From assembly GCA_050298055.1 (NCBI GenBank), contig JBNKTL010000025.1, positions 1 to 64,000 of the forward strand: 64,000 bases of DNA, given 5' to 3'. Source of the DNA: Spirochaetota bacterium. GTDB taxonomy: Bacteria > Spirochaetota > UBA4802 > UBA5550. Below, piece after piece: positions 29,951 through 39,298 of this stretch. The translations under genes and the position numbers were made by a program. Below the pieces are notes generated by a model. That model did not search any database. It saw only the letters and a program-made list of their open reading frames with translations, and had not been told where the DNA came from. Positions within the stretch are counted from its first letter, which is position 1. Each line of letters begins with the position of its first letter.

Positions 29951-30649
29951 TTGTCCGGGAGTATGAAAATGGCAGAACTTCTCGATAAAAAAAAGATCAT
30001 GATTGTTGACGATCATCCGCTGTTGAGGCAGGGGATCAGAAAGGTCATTGAGCTGGAAAGCAATTTTATTGTCAGCGGGGAGGCATCTACCGCCAATGAG
30101 GCAATTGATTTGATCGCTCAGGAGAGGCCGGACATTGTTATTGTGGATATTACTCTTGCGGGGAATGTCAGCGGGCTTGACCTGATAAAAAGCATACGGC
30201 AGAGATATTCTGATATTTATACAATTGTTCTTACAATGCATGATGAGATGGTTTACGGGGAGCGGTCAATAAAAGCCGGTGCCAGGGGTTATGTCATGAA
30301 GGAGGTAGCGTCGAAAACCATTATTAATGCAATTAACACGGTCCTTGGCGGAGAATTATTTATCAGCGACAAGCTTTCAAAGAAGATAATAAATTCTGTT
30401 GTCGGCGGGATGGATAATCATGAAGGGATGTCATTTGAAAACCTGACCGACAGGGAGTTTGAAATTTTTAATCTTATCGGGAACGGGTTCAGTACCAGGG
30501 AAATTGCCGGGAAATTAAACCTGAGTATATTCACTGTTGAAAGCCATAAGAAAAATATCAAAGAAAAGCTTAATCTAAAAGATTCACCGGGGCTGGTGAA
30601 GTACGCAGTCCAGTGGATCATTGCGGAAAACAAAAAACGGGAATGTTGA
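29951..30649 (+). CDS. NarL/LuxR-family response regulator
   Basis: IMIVDDHPLLRQG, IVDITL, LTDREFEIF..TVESHKKNIKEKL; start may be 29963 or 29969. Confidence 0.92.
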   Translation: MSGSMKMAELLDKKKIMIVDDHPLLRQGIRKVIELESNFIVSGEASTANEAIDLIAQERPDIVIVDITLAGNVSGLDLIKSIRQRYSDIYTIVLTMHDEMVYGERSIKAGARGYVMKEVASKTIINAINTVLGGELFISDKLSKKIINSVVGGMDNHEGMSFENLTDREFEIFNLIGNGFSTREIAGKLNLSIFTVESHKKNIKEKLNLKDSPGLVKYAVQWIIAENKKREC

Positions 30650-30826
30650 TTTTGCCGGAGAAAGCCGCGCTCTTGTTCAAAAATGGCGGATAACAAAAAA
30701 AGCCGCCGGGAAAATGCCGAGCGGCCTTTTTTATTTTATCAACCGGTTTTTTCATACCGGAATTACTGCCATCCGCATTCACGGTATTATCCGCCTCTGC
30801 TCTGATCCCTTGATCCTGTTAATTTC
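30606..30826 (+). repeat. ~220-bp direct repeat, copy A
   Basis: Aligns with 31363-31581 (CAGTCCAGT.GATCATTGCGGAAAAC...CCGGAGAAAGCCG.GCTCTTGTT...CATACCGGAATTACT.CCATCCGCAT...CCGCCTCTGC); includes an A-tract/hairpin/T-tract terminator. Confidence 0.9.
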
Positions 30827-31175
30827 TGTGTCCCTTAAATCTCATAAATGCCCTGCAGGTACCACTGCTTCTTGTACTTCTCCTGTCGCATCCGCACTGG
30901 ATCCTTGTATAGTTCTGACAGTTTGTGTATCCTCTCCTGTTTCTCACTCCATACCTGCCGATCATTTCGCAGGCATGGTTGACCCATGAACCGTTTCTGA
31001 GTTGCAGCTTTACAAAACTTCCATTAGGCATAACATAATAGGGGCCATCCGGAGAAATAAGATCATGGACAAATGTGGGTCGCCAACTTCCGCCCCGGCA
31101 GGGACCTGAAAAGGCATAGATACTAAAACCTGTTACAATTGCACCGGCAAAAAGTAAAATAAACGTTTTTTTCAT
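30819..31175 (-). CDS. Secreted 118-aa Arg-rich six-cysteine protein
   Basis: GGAGA RBS before MKKTFILLFAGAIVTGFSIYA signal peptide; 6 Cys in the mature part. Confidence 0.75.
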   Translation of the reverse strand: MKKTFILLFAGAIVTGFSIYAFSGPCRGGSWRPTFVHDLISPDGPYYVMPNGSFVKLQLRNGSWVNHACEMIGRYGVRNRRGYTNCQNYTRIQCGCDRRSTRSSGTCRAFMRFKGHRN

Positions 31176-31362
31176 AATAGTGTCTCCAATATGTTTTATT
31201 AATATTAAAATAACTAACATTAATGGAATCCGGCAGAGACAGCTCATCAATAGGGTAAAAAGATGAGAGGAAATGAATCCACGATGACAACCATTACTGT
31301 TAAAGGTCATTATTGATTTTTAACAATGCAATTTTCAAGTATTTTTCCCGGATTTTTTTAAT

Positions 31363-31581
31363 CAGTCCAGTAGATCATTGCGGAAAACGTAATACAGGAA
31401 TATTATTTACCGGAGAAAGCCGTGCTCTTGTTAAAATGGCGGATAACAAGAAAAGCCGCCGGGAAAATACCGGACGGCTTTTTTATTTTAACAACCGGAT
31501 TTTTTTCATACCGGAATTACTACCATCCGCATCCGCGGTACCATCCGCCTCTGCCGTAACCCCTTGACTGGTAAAATTTCT
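31363..31581 (+). repeat. ~220-bp direct repeat, copy B
   Basis: Aligns with 30606-30826; carries the real 3' end of the Spy/ZraP-like gene. Confidence 0.9.
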
Positions 31582-31939
31582 CTTTCTGTTTTGCTGTAAG
31601 CACTTTGTCGATCTCTTTTCGCTGTTCTTCCCTCAGTGAGTAAATTTTATCCGTGTTGTTCCTGTTCCTGAAAATCTTTTCCCTGTACTCTGAATTAATT
31701 TTGTGAATCTTTTCAATCTGTTTCTCAGTGAGACCAAGTTCAGATTTGAAGTTATCATATCCTCCGTAACCGGGGCCATGCATAAAACCGGGTCCCATCA
31801 TATGGCCGTAACCATATCCGTATCCCCTGTGACCATATCCCATACCCCATCCCTGTGAAAACAGGTCGCTCACAACAAATGTTACTGCTCCGGCAACCAG
31901 AAGGGCGAGTATTCCAAGTTTGAGTTTTTTGTTCATCAT
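31520..31939 (-). CDS. Spy/CpxP/ZraP-like periplasmic protein
   Basis: Signal peptide, Gly/Tyr/Met/His-rich N-terminus, two LTxxQ motifs (LGLTEKQ, VLTAKQ). Confidence 0.8.
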   Translation of the reverse strand: MMNKKLKLGILALLVAGAVTFVVSDLFSQGWGMGYGHRGYGYGYGHMMGPGFMHGPGYGGYDNFKSELGLTEKQIEKIHKINSEYREKIFRNRNNTDKIYSLREEQRKEIDKVLTAKQKEKFYQSRGYGRGGWYRGCGW

Positions 31940-32021
31940 CCTTACCTCATTTTTTTAAATTTTACCTGTTTGACCCGGGTAATTGAAAAATGGTTCCCTC
32001 TTAAAAAATATTTTCAAAAAC

Positions 32022-32077
32022 TTGACAATTTTATAATAAAGTAGTATCTTGGATATAGATATAGGGGGTATGGGTAT
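32022..32077 (+). promoter_or_regulatory. csoR-copA promoter with possible CsoR operator
   Basis: TTGACA-17-TATCTT followed by G-tract TAGGGGGTATGGGTAT, resembling CsoR-type operators. Confidence 0.5.
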
Positions 32078-32398
32078 ATGGAAAAAGGAAAAAACCGGAA
32101 AGAGGGCCATCACGTGGCCAAAAGAAAGGCCCATCACTCAGATGAGAAAAAAGAGAACATGGTGAGCAGGCTGCACAGGATAGAAGGCCAGGTACGGGGA
32201 ATTGCCCGGATGATTGATGAAGATGTCTATTGCGACGATGTTCTGCACCAGATCTCATCTGTGGAATCGGCCCTTCACGGTGTGAAAACGGTACTCCTTG
32301 AAGCCCACATGAACAGCTGTGTCATTGAACAGATCAGAGAGGGGAAGGATGAGGTCATGGATGAACTTCTTGTAACGCTGAGAAAATTCTTAAAGTAG
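32078..32398 (+). CDS. csoR: Copper-sensing repressor CsoR
   Basis: RLHRIEGQVRGI..YCDDVL..HMNSCV (C-H-C ligands); directly upstream of copA. Confidence 0.92.
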   Translation: MEKGKNRKEGHHVAKRKAHHSDEKKENMVSRLHRIEGQVRGIARMIDEDVYCDDVLHQISSVESALHGVKTVLLEAHMNSCVIEQIREGKDEVMDELLVTLRKFLK

Positions 32399-32468
32399 TG
32401 CCAAACCTCATTCATGTTGCATAGTACCGGGAGAGCATAAACATTAAGAGAATGACAGGAGACTGACA

Positions 32469-34922
32469 ATGAAAGAGGAAACGCTTAATATAACCGGGAT
32501 GTCATGCGCATCCTGCGCAATGCGGATAGAGAAGGGGCTTCTCAAGGAAGCCGGTGTGAAGAATGTCAATGTCAACCTTGCGCTGGAAAAGGCAACAGTT
32601 GAATACGATGAAAACCTGCTCAACAACGGGAAAATATCGGAAAAGATAAAGGACCTGGGATACGGGGTAATTGAGAAAGAACCTGAAACGAAAAAAAACG
32701 AGACGGAGATCAATGTACTGGGAATGAGCTGCGCGTCATGCGTGGGGAGGGTCGAGAAGGCCATCAACAAACTTCCCGGTATTGTGTCATCCAGTGTCAA
32801 CCTGGCCACGGAGAGGGCCCATGTCGAATTTGAAAAATCTCTCGTAGATGTGGAAACAATTCTGAAAACCGTTGAAGAGGCGGGCTACCAGGCAAGCGAG
32901 GTCATGACTGAGGCGGGAGACAGGGAAAAGGAGGCCCGTGACAGGGAGACCGGGGGTCTGAGACTGAGACTTGTTGCCGCTGCCCTCCTCAGTTCGCCCC
33001 TTCTCCTGGCTATGATAACGGTAATGGCGGGGATAAAGATACCTTTTCTTCATAATCCTTTCTTCCAGCTTGCCGTGACCACGCCCGTACAGTTTATTAT
33101 TGGCTGGAGATTTTACAAGAATTCATACCACAGCCTCAGAGCACTGAGCCCCGGTATGGACCTCCTTGTTGCCATGGGAACAAGCGCGGCGTATTTTTAT
33201 AGTCTCTATAACGGGTTTTTCAGGACTTATCCTGCGGGAACAAAACCGGAACTCTATTTTGAGGCATCGGCAATACTGATTACCCTGATCCTTCTGGGAA
33301 AATACCTTGAGGCCAGGGCCAAGGGAAAGACTTCGGAAGCAATAAAGAAACTTATCGGGCTGCAGCCGAAAAAGGCGCGGATCGTGCGGGACGGAAAAGA
33401 ATCCGATATCCCCATAGAGAACCTTCGGGTGGGCGACCGTGTGGTCGTGAGACCGGGAGAAAGAATAGCCGTTGACGGGATTGTTGCCGGGGGAGAAACA
33501 TCCATCGATGAAAGCATGCTCACGGGTGAGAGCATCCCGGTTGATAAAGCTGCCGGTGACACTGTTTTCGGGGGTACCATCAATAAAAACGGTACAATTA
33601 CCTTCACCTCCACAAAGGTAGGGAAGGACACTCTCCTGGCCAGGATCATAAAGGTTGTGGAGGACGCCCAGGGGTCCAAGGCCCCCATACAGCACCTTGC
33701 GGACAGGGTTGCTGGGATATTCGTTCCTGTGGTCCTTTCCATAGCCGTTGCAACGTTTATCGTATGGAATTTCGTTGTGGGAAACAGTACAATGGCCTTT
33801 ATTGCGGGAGTCTCTGTCCTTGTCATTGCCTGTCCCTGCGCCCTGGGACTGGCAACGCCAACAGCCATCATGGTGGGAACAGGTCTGGGTGCCGAAAACG
33901 GTATTCTCATAAAGAACGGAGAGAGCCTGGAACAGGCCCTCCGGATAAATGCCGTTGTTCTGGACAAAACAGGAACAATTACAAAGGGAGAACCTGCGGT
34001 CACGGATATTGTTCCCCTTAACGGGAGCGATGAAAAAGAACTTCTTGAATACGCGGCAGTTGCCGAGAAAAAATCGGAGCATCCCCTGGGTGAGGCCGTT
34101 GTGAAAAAAGCGAAAGAGACCATGGTAGATATTAAGGACCCGGAAAGCTTCACTGCCCTTCCCGGAAAAGGGGTCAGAGCGGAATTTCAAGGAATGACAA
34201 TAATTGCGGGGAAAAAGAACCTCCTGGATGAGAAGGGAATTGATACGGCCGGGGGAAAGAAAAAAGCCGGAGAGCTTGAGGGTGAAGGGAAAACAGCGGT
34301 CTTTATAGCAAAGGACAGCTCTCTCATGGGGATTATTGGAATAGCCGATACGGTGAAAGAGGATTCGGCCCCGGCCATCCGGAAGATGAAGGAGATGAAG
34401 ATTGATGTTTATATGATAACAGGAGATAACCGGAGGACCGCGGAAGCGATCGGCAGCCAGGTGGGTATCCCCGGGGACCGGATCCTTTCTCAGGTGCTTC
34501 CGGAGGATAAGGCTAGGGAGGTGAAAAAGCTCCGGGAAAAGGGCCTTGTTGTTGCCATGGTGGGTGACGGGATCAACGATGCCCCGGCCCTAGCAACTGC
34601 TGATATCGGAATGGCAATGGGGACAGGGAGCGATGTAGCCATTGAATCGGGCGATATAACACTGGTGAAGGGAAGCCTCCGGTCCGTTGTTTCGGCGATC
34701 AGGCTCTCCCGGAAAACAATGAGCAAGATAAAGCAGAACCTCTTCTGGGCGTTTATCTACAATGTGATCGGGATACCCATTGCCTTTCTGGGACTTTTAA
34801 ACCCTGTTGTGGCGGGGGCCGCCATGGCTTTCAGTTCGGTTTCCGTGGTCAGCAACTCCCTGAGTCTCAAAAGGTTCAGGCTGGAAAAATATGTGATCGG
34901 TTTTATTTTATTTTGGGGATAA
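32469..34922 (+). CDS. copA: Copper-translocating P1B-type ATPase
   Basis: Two GMSCASC HMA domains, TGES, CPC, DKTGT, GDGIND, YN and MAFSS motifs. Confidence 0.97.
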   Translation: MKEETLNITGMSCASCAMRIEKGLLKEAGVKNVNVNLALEKATVEYDENLLNNGKISEKIKDLGYGVIEKEPETKKNETEINVLGMSCASCVGRVEKAINKLPGIVSSSVNLATERAHVEFEKSLVDVETILKTVEEAGYQASEVMTEAGDREKEARDRETGGLRLRLVAAALLSSPLLLAMITVMAGIKIPFLHNPFFQLAVTTPVQFIIGWRFYKNSYHSLRALSPGMDLLVAMGTSAAYFYSLYNGFFRTYPAGTKPELYFEASAILITLILLGKYLEARAKGKTSEAIKKLIGLQPKKARIVRDGKESDIPIENLRVGDRVVVRPGERIAVDGIVAGGETSIDESMLTGESIPVDKAAGDTVFGGTINKNGTITFTSTKVGKDTLLARIIKVVEDAQGSKAPIQHLADRVAGIFVPVVLSIAVATFIVWNFVVGNSTMAFIAGVSVLVIACPCALGLATPTAIMVGTGLGAENGILIKNGESLEQALRINAVVLDKTGTITKGEPAVTDIVPLNGSDEKELLEYAAVAEKKSEHPLGEAVVKKAKETMVDIKDPESFTALPGKGVRAEFQGMTIIAGKKNLLDEKGIDTAGGKKKAGELEGEGKTAVFIAKDSSLMGIIGIADTVKEDSAPAIRKMKEMKIDVYMITGDNRRTAEAIGSQVGIPGDRILSQVLPEDKAREVKKLREKGLVVAMVGDGINDAPALATADIGMAMGTGSDVAIESGDITLVKGSLRSVVSAIRLSRKTMSKIKQNLFWAFIYNVIGIPIAFLGLLNPVVAGAAMAFSSVSVVSNSLSLKRFRLEKYVIGFILFWG

Positions 34923-35760
34923 TTTTTTCCAGCCACGCCGATACCATTTTCAGGACTTTTTTCCTTTCGGGTTCGACCTCGTTCATGGTCTCATGCCTGA
35001 GGCCCTCAAAGAGCCGGAGGGTGGAATTCTTCGGGTTGCAGTTTTTGAAAAATTCTTCTGTGCCCCTGTAGTCCACGATCCCGTCCTCCTTCCCGTGAAA
35101 GAGCAGGAGGGGTATTTTCAGTTCGCTTCCCCTGGTAATGCATTCCTCCCGTGCCGCGGTTGTCTCGGTAAACCATCGTGCGGAGACCAGTGAATGTACC
35201 AGGGGGTCTTCCGCGTAATTGTCTACCGTTTCCCTGTCAGATGAAATCTCCCGGGGATCGAGCCCTGTGGGCATGCTGAGCCCGGGAACAATCCCGGAGA
35301 GAAGTCTCCCCATGAAGACCTTCCATCCCGGGACCTCCATTGCGGTCTTCAGGTAGGGGGAGGATAATATCAGGCCCTTGATATCTTCCTGATGATCGAG
35401 GGCATACTTCAGCGCGATCAGCCCTCCCATGCTGTGGCCCAGCATGAGAATGGGGAGTTTTTCCTGCTCTCCCCTGACCAGTTTTATAAAAATCCCGATA
35501 TCATCGGTATAGTCCGTGAACCTGTCAATATGGCCTTTCTTTCCCCCTGACCGTCCGTGGCCCCTGAGGTCGAAGGAGTATAGGGATATCTTTTTATTTT
35601 TCAATTCATCGAGAATGTTCCCGTACCTGCCGGAGTGTTCGCCCACTCCATGAATGACAACGAGTATTGCCCGGGGTTTCTTACAGATCCATTTCCGGAA
35701 GAATATCTCCACTCCTCCTTTTCCGATAAATGTCCCGGTTTCTCTTTCGTAGTTACTCAT
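34903..35760 (-). CDS. Alpha/beta hydrolase (lysophospholipase / monoacylglycerol lipase-like)
   Basis: HGVGEHSGRY, DLRGHGRS, GHSMGG, HETMNE. Confidence 0.92.
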   Translation of the reverse strand: MSNYERETGTFIGKGGVEIFFRKWICKKPRAILVVIHGVGEHSGRYGNILDELKNKKISLYSFDLRGHGRSGGKKGHIDRFTDYTDDIGIFIKLVRGEQEKLPILMLGHSMGGLIALKYALDHQEDIKGLILSSPYLKTAMEVPGWKVFMGRLLSGIVPGLSMPTGLDPREISSDRETVDNYAEDPLVHSLVSARWFTETTAAREECITRGSELKIPLLLFHGKEDGIVDYRGTEEFFKNCNPKNSTLRLFEGLRHETMNEVEPERKKVLKMVSAWLEKIIPKIK

Positions 35761-35814
35761 AGCTCCTCCTTGCTTTTCCTGTGATTCTGTTCCTTATTTA
35801 TATCATCGCTGATA

Positions 35815-36336
35815 TTATTCTTTCATCATTTGATCCAATAGTTTCCAGCTGAGCATCAGTTTCATCCGGTGTCCCGGCAGTTCCTCAAAATCAAAGTGCC
35901 GGTAAAATGATTTCGCATTTACTGTTGCACAGTCCAATAAAACAGCAATAAAGGGCATGACCTGACCGGTACTATGGCAGTCAACAAGAGCCTGAGCCAA
36001 TAGTCTTTTCCCAAGTCCCCTGTTTTGAAATCTTTGATCTAAACCAAGCCATGCCAGAGTAATTACAGGTAACAAAGTACCTGGCATTTTTTTTGCCATA
36101 TCAATTGGAAGTAAATCAAAATTTACCTGTCCCATAGCCAGGGTATAGTATCCTGCAATAATATCAGTTTCTTTTACAAGAACTCGTGTAATGGAAAGTC
36201 GTTTTTTCTGTGCCTGATGAGCATGTTTTTTTAACCATTCATCCACTGATTCAGTTCCACTATTGAAAGAACTTCTCTTATGGCTTTTTTTAAGTTGTTC
36301 AATGGAAAAACCATCAGGCCAGGATACCTGCCTCAT
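35815..36336 (-). CDS. GNAT-family toxin (AtaT/TacT-like)
   Basis: HKRSSFNSG..WLKKHA, IAGYYTL, LPVITLAWLGLDQRFQNRGLG; overlaps the antitoxin stop. Confidence 0.88.
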   Translation of the reverse strand: MRQVSWPDGFSIEQLKKSHKRSSFNSGTESVDEWLKKHAHQAQKKRLSITRVLVKETDIIAGYYTLAMGQVNFDLLPIDMAKKMPGTLLPVITLAWLGLDQRFQNRGLGKRLLAQALVDCHSTGQVMPFIAVLLDCATVNAKSFYRHFDFEELPGHRMKLMLSWKLLDQMMKE

Positions 36337-36608
36337 TGGTCACCCTGCATTATTTTCCCAAGAGCACGTTGTTTTTCCGTTGGTTTTCCCGGAGCCTGTA
36401 AGGCATGCCAGAATCGTTCCTGCTCATCGGCTGTCATCTGGAGGACCCGGTTTTTAGCCAGTTCAATTTCCCGCCGGGCAGTGGGGACAAGTACCAGGCG
36501 GATATAATCAGAAAGACCAACATGACGCAGTTTTGCCGCTTCAATTATTGCTTTTTTATTTTTTGGGTCAAGCCGCACCTGCAATGTTGTTTTTTTTATA
36601 TCAGTCAT
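36333..36608 (-). CDS. DUF1778 ribbon-helix-helix antitoxin
   Basis: LQVRL..K..I..AA....LSDYI..ERFWHALQAP; upstream of a GNAT. Confidence 0.88.
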   Translation of the reverse strand: MTDIKKTTLQVRLDPKNKKAIIEAAKLRHVGLSDYIRLVLVPTARREIELAKNRVLQMTADEQERFWHALQAPGKPTEKQRALGKIMQGDQ

Positions 36609-36625
36609 GTATCACCTCTTTTTCG

Positions 36626-36655
36626 CAATGTACTGCATTCTGCATGCATTGTCAA
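36626..36655 (-). promoter_or_regulatory. TA promoter with overlapping imperfect inverted repeat
   Basis: TTGACA-17-TACATT on the minus strand; CAATG..TGCA-TTC-TGCA..CATTG dyad. Confidence 0.6.
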
Positions 36656-36760
36656 GCAAAACATTTTTGGCTCTTGCCGGAATGCAGGGAAAAATAAAGT
36701 CTTTGTGATTTTTGCATGACAACGCTATCCCCGTTATTAACGTGATACTTATTTTTAAAA

Positions 36761-37774
36761 TTACTTAAAAGGATAAAATACCGGCGGCGCCCCGGCAGTT
36801 CGATTCTGTACTCTCATGATAAAACCATCGGTTTTTGGCAATCCTTTAAAAATATCCAATTCGGCTATACTCTCTGCGGCCAAACATGCGATTTCCGCGA
36901 TTTTATTTGAAACAGCATACCTGACACTTGTAAGGTTATCATCATCTAAATTTTCAGGCCGTTCGCTGGAAAACCAGCTTGATAAATTTAAGGGAGAAGG
37001 CCACGGGTATTTCGTTTTCCCGGAGATACCGCCAAAGACACTCTCTTTCTCAAAGTTAGATGACCATGCAATAACTATTCTCTCTAAAGGTTCAATGTCC
37101 TGTTCGGACAACCAGAATATGAACTCTTTAAAAACGGGAATCAATTCATCTGAGCATTTACGAACATCAATATTTTTTAAATGATTCATAAATGTATTTT
37201 CTCTTGTACCTTCTTCAGTATAACAACTGGCAGCGCTATGAAGTCGTTTCAGCCTTACATTGCCATAGTCAATTTCATGCTTTTCTCCTTTATGAATATA
37301 TAATTCGTTGTTTTCCCATCCGGAGTGAGCCCCAACACTAAAAACGATTTTTTCTTCACGGGGAAGGCTTAAAAACTCAGTTGTTTTGCAGGCAGCGGGT
37401 AACACTTTTTGATAGCAAAGTGCTAAAAATTGAGCAACCAGGTTAAGCCTGCTTTCAAATTCAGAAAGGTCTTCATCTTTACTCACTATACCCCATTCAT
37501 ATAAGTCCGGACTGCTTCCTTCACTTACCATGCATACGCCTTTTTTATTAAACAGGGAAGAATAGAGGTAGCCCTGACTATCAACTTCAATTTTAATTTC
37601 CGAAACAGGTTCTAAAACAGGTTCTCCCGTAAGATCCGGATCCATCCAATTGAGAAAGTGACCGGGCAGTTCTTCCTGCAGCCTTGACGTAAAATTATCA
37701 ACTGATAATACCTCTGCTTTATCTCCTTCATAATTTTTTAATGATTTTTCAAATTCGCTTTCCAGTATACTCAT
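36761..37774 (-). CDS. Acidic hypothetical protein with apparent internal duplication
   Basis: 337-aa ORF with AGGAG RBS; motif F..LP+.-....V occurs twice. Confidence 0.75.
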   Translation of the reverse strand: MSILESEFEKSLKNYEGDKAEVLSVDNFTSRLQEELPGHFLNWMDPDLTGEPVLEPVSEIKIEVDSQGYLYSSLFNKKGVCMVSEGSSPDLYEWGIVSKDEDLSEFESRLNLVAQFLALCYQKVLPAACKTTEFLSLPREEKIVFSVGAHSGWENNELYIHKGEKHEIDYGNVRLKRLHSAASCYTEEGTRENTFMNHLKNIDVRKCSDELIPVFKEFIFWLSEQDIEPLERIVIAWSSNFEKESVFGGISGKTKYPWPSPLNLSSWFSSERPENLDDDNLTSVRYAVSNKIAEIACLAAESIAELDIFKGLPKTDGFIMRVQNRTAGAPPVFYPFK

Positions 37775-38155
37775 ACAAAACTCCTGTTGGGATCTGACAG
37801 ATAAAATTTTAATTACTGGTCACAGGACTTTCTGTCAACAGATTAATATTCAATAAAATACCTCCGGGAGAATCATGCTCATGAAGATAACGTAAACCCT
37901 TCATTTACAAACAGACTCGATTCATCGATTTTGGACCAATTAATTCTCATTTACGCTTTCTCACGGGAAATTTTATCTTGACAGATATTCATGTTGACCA
38001 TGAATTTCCATAGAAACTAGTAATGACAGATTTCCGGCTGCTCAAATACAGAGATAACGCAGCCAGTTCAGATCCTGCTGATCATCTTGCATTTGCGTAG
38101 AAAAACCGGAAAATCAGTAATAATCCAGATTCAATATTAAACCAGGGGCTTTACC

Positions 38156-39298
38156 ATGTGTCGATTAGCACTTAAAACAGCATTGGAACCGTTTTCACCC
38201 TACAGCGTCCTTACAGCAATGGAGGCCATGCAGGAGGGTTATGACGGCAGCGGGCTCGGCCTCCTGCTCCGGGGGATAAAGTTTTCCGATTTTGATTATA
38301 AGCGGAAGGATCCCATTTTGTCCGGGATTGCCCACACACCGGAAGCCCTGAAAAGGCTCGATGACGCCATGCTGGAGAGGGGATTCACCCTCAGTTACGA
38401 TCATGAGTTCAAACAGGACTTCAGTTTTATCGAAGCAAAGGACAGGCACAAGTACTTTCTCAGGGTCTACAGACCCTCGGAGGCTCATGAACAGTATTCA
38501 AAGGAAGAATTTGAAAATTACCTGATGATGACAAGGCTCGCGTTGAGAAAAAACGGGGAAGAGAATAACGGCGACCTGACGGTTTTTTCCTTTTATCCCG
38601 AAGTGGCAATGATCAAAGAGGTGGGATGGCCCCTTGTTGTGGGCGATGCCCTTGGCCTTAATGATAACAGGATCAAGGCCCGGGTAGTCATGGCACAGGG
38701 ACGGCAGAACACCAACTGGGGCATAAACCTCTACGCCTGCCATCCTTTTTTCATCGAGGGAATTTCCACAATGACAAACGGAGAGAACACCGCGTTTATT
38801 CCCATAAAGGAATGGCTTATCGGGAAAGGATATCCCGGTTACGTGGGATACCAGAGTGACAGTGAGGTCTTTGCCCATATCCTTCACTATGTTTTAAAGC
38901 AGCTCAGGCTTCCCTTGGAAGCATACAAGCACGTTATAACGCCCCTGAAAACAGAAGAACTTGAAGGCCACCCCCAGGGTGATTTTCTGAAAGGCCTCAG
39001 GGACGTAACCAGGAGGCTGATCATTGACGGCCCCAACTGCATCATGGGGACGATACCCGATGAAACATGTATTATGACCATGGACCACAAGAAGCTCCGC
39101 CCGGGAACAATCGGAGGTAAGCCGGGCGAATGGGCCATGGCCTCGGAGATGTGCGGTGTGGATGCCATGATCCCTGACAGGGACAAATCCCTGGATTTTC
39201 AGCCAATGAGAGAGAATCTGATAATAGTTCCTCCGGACAGAAAGGAGTATAAGATATGGTCTCAATTCAACCAGTTACAACTGAACCAAGTAGCCTGA
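38156..39298 (+). CDS. Stand-alone glutamine amidotransferase domain of glutamate synthase (GltB domain 1-like)
   Basis: N-terminal nucleophile Cys (MCRL), GRQNTN..ACHPF, TNGE, SDSE, DGP, LRP..MASE. Confidence 0.88.
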   Translation: MCRLALKTALEPFSPYSVLTAMEAMQEGYDGSGLGLLLRGIKFSDFDYKRKDPILSGIAHTPEALKRLDDAMLERGFTLSYDHEFKQDFSFIEAKDRHKYFLRVYRPSEAHEQYSKEEFENYLMMTRLALRKNGEENNGDLTVFSFYPEVAMIKEVGWPLVVGDALGLNDNRIKARVVMAQGRQNTNWGINLYACHPFFIEGISTMTNGENTAFIPIKEWLIGKGYPGYVGYQSDSEVFAHILHYVLKQLRLPLEAYKHVITPLKTEELEGHPQGDFLKGLRDVTRRLIIDGPNCIMGTIPDETCIMTMDHKKLRPGTIGGKPGEWAMASEMCGVDAMIPDRDKSLDFQPMRENLIIVPPDRKEYKIWSQFNQLQLNQVA

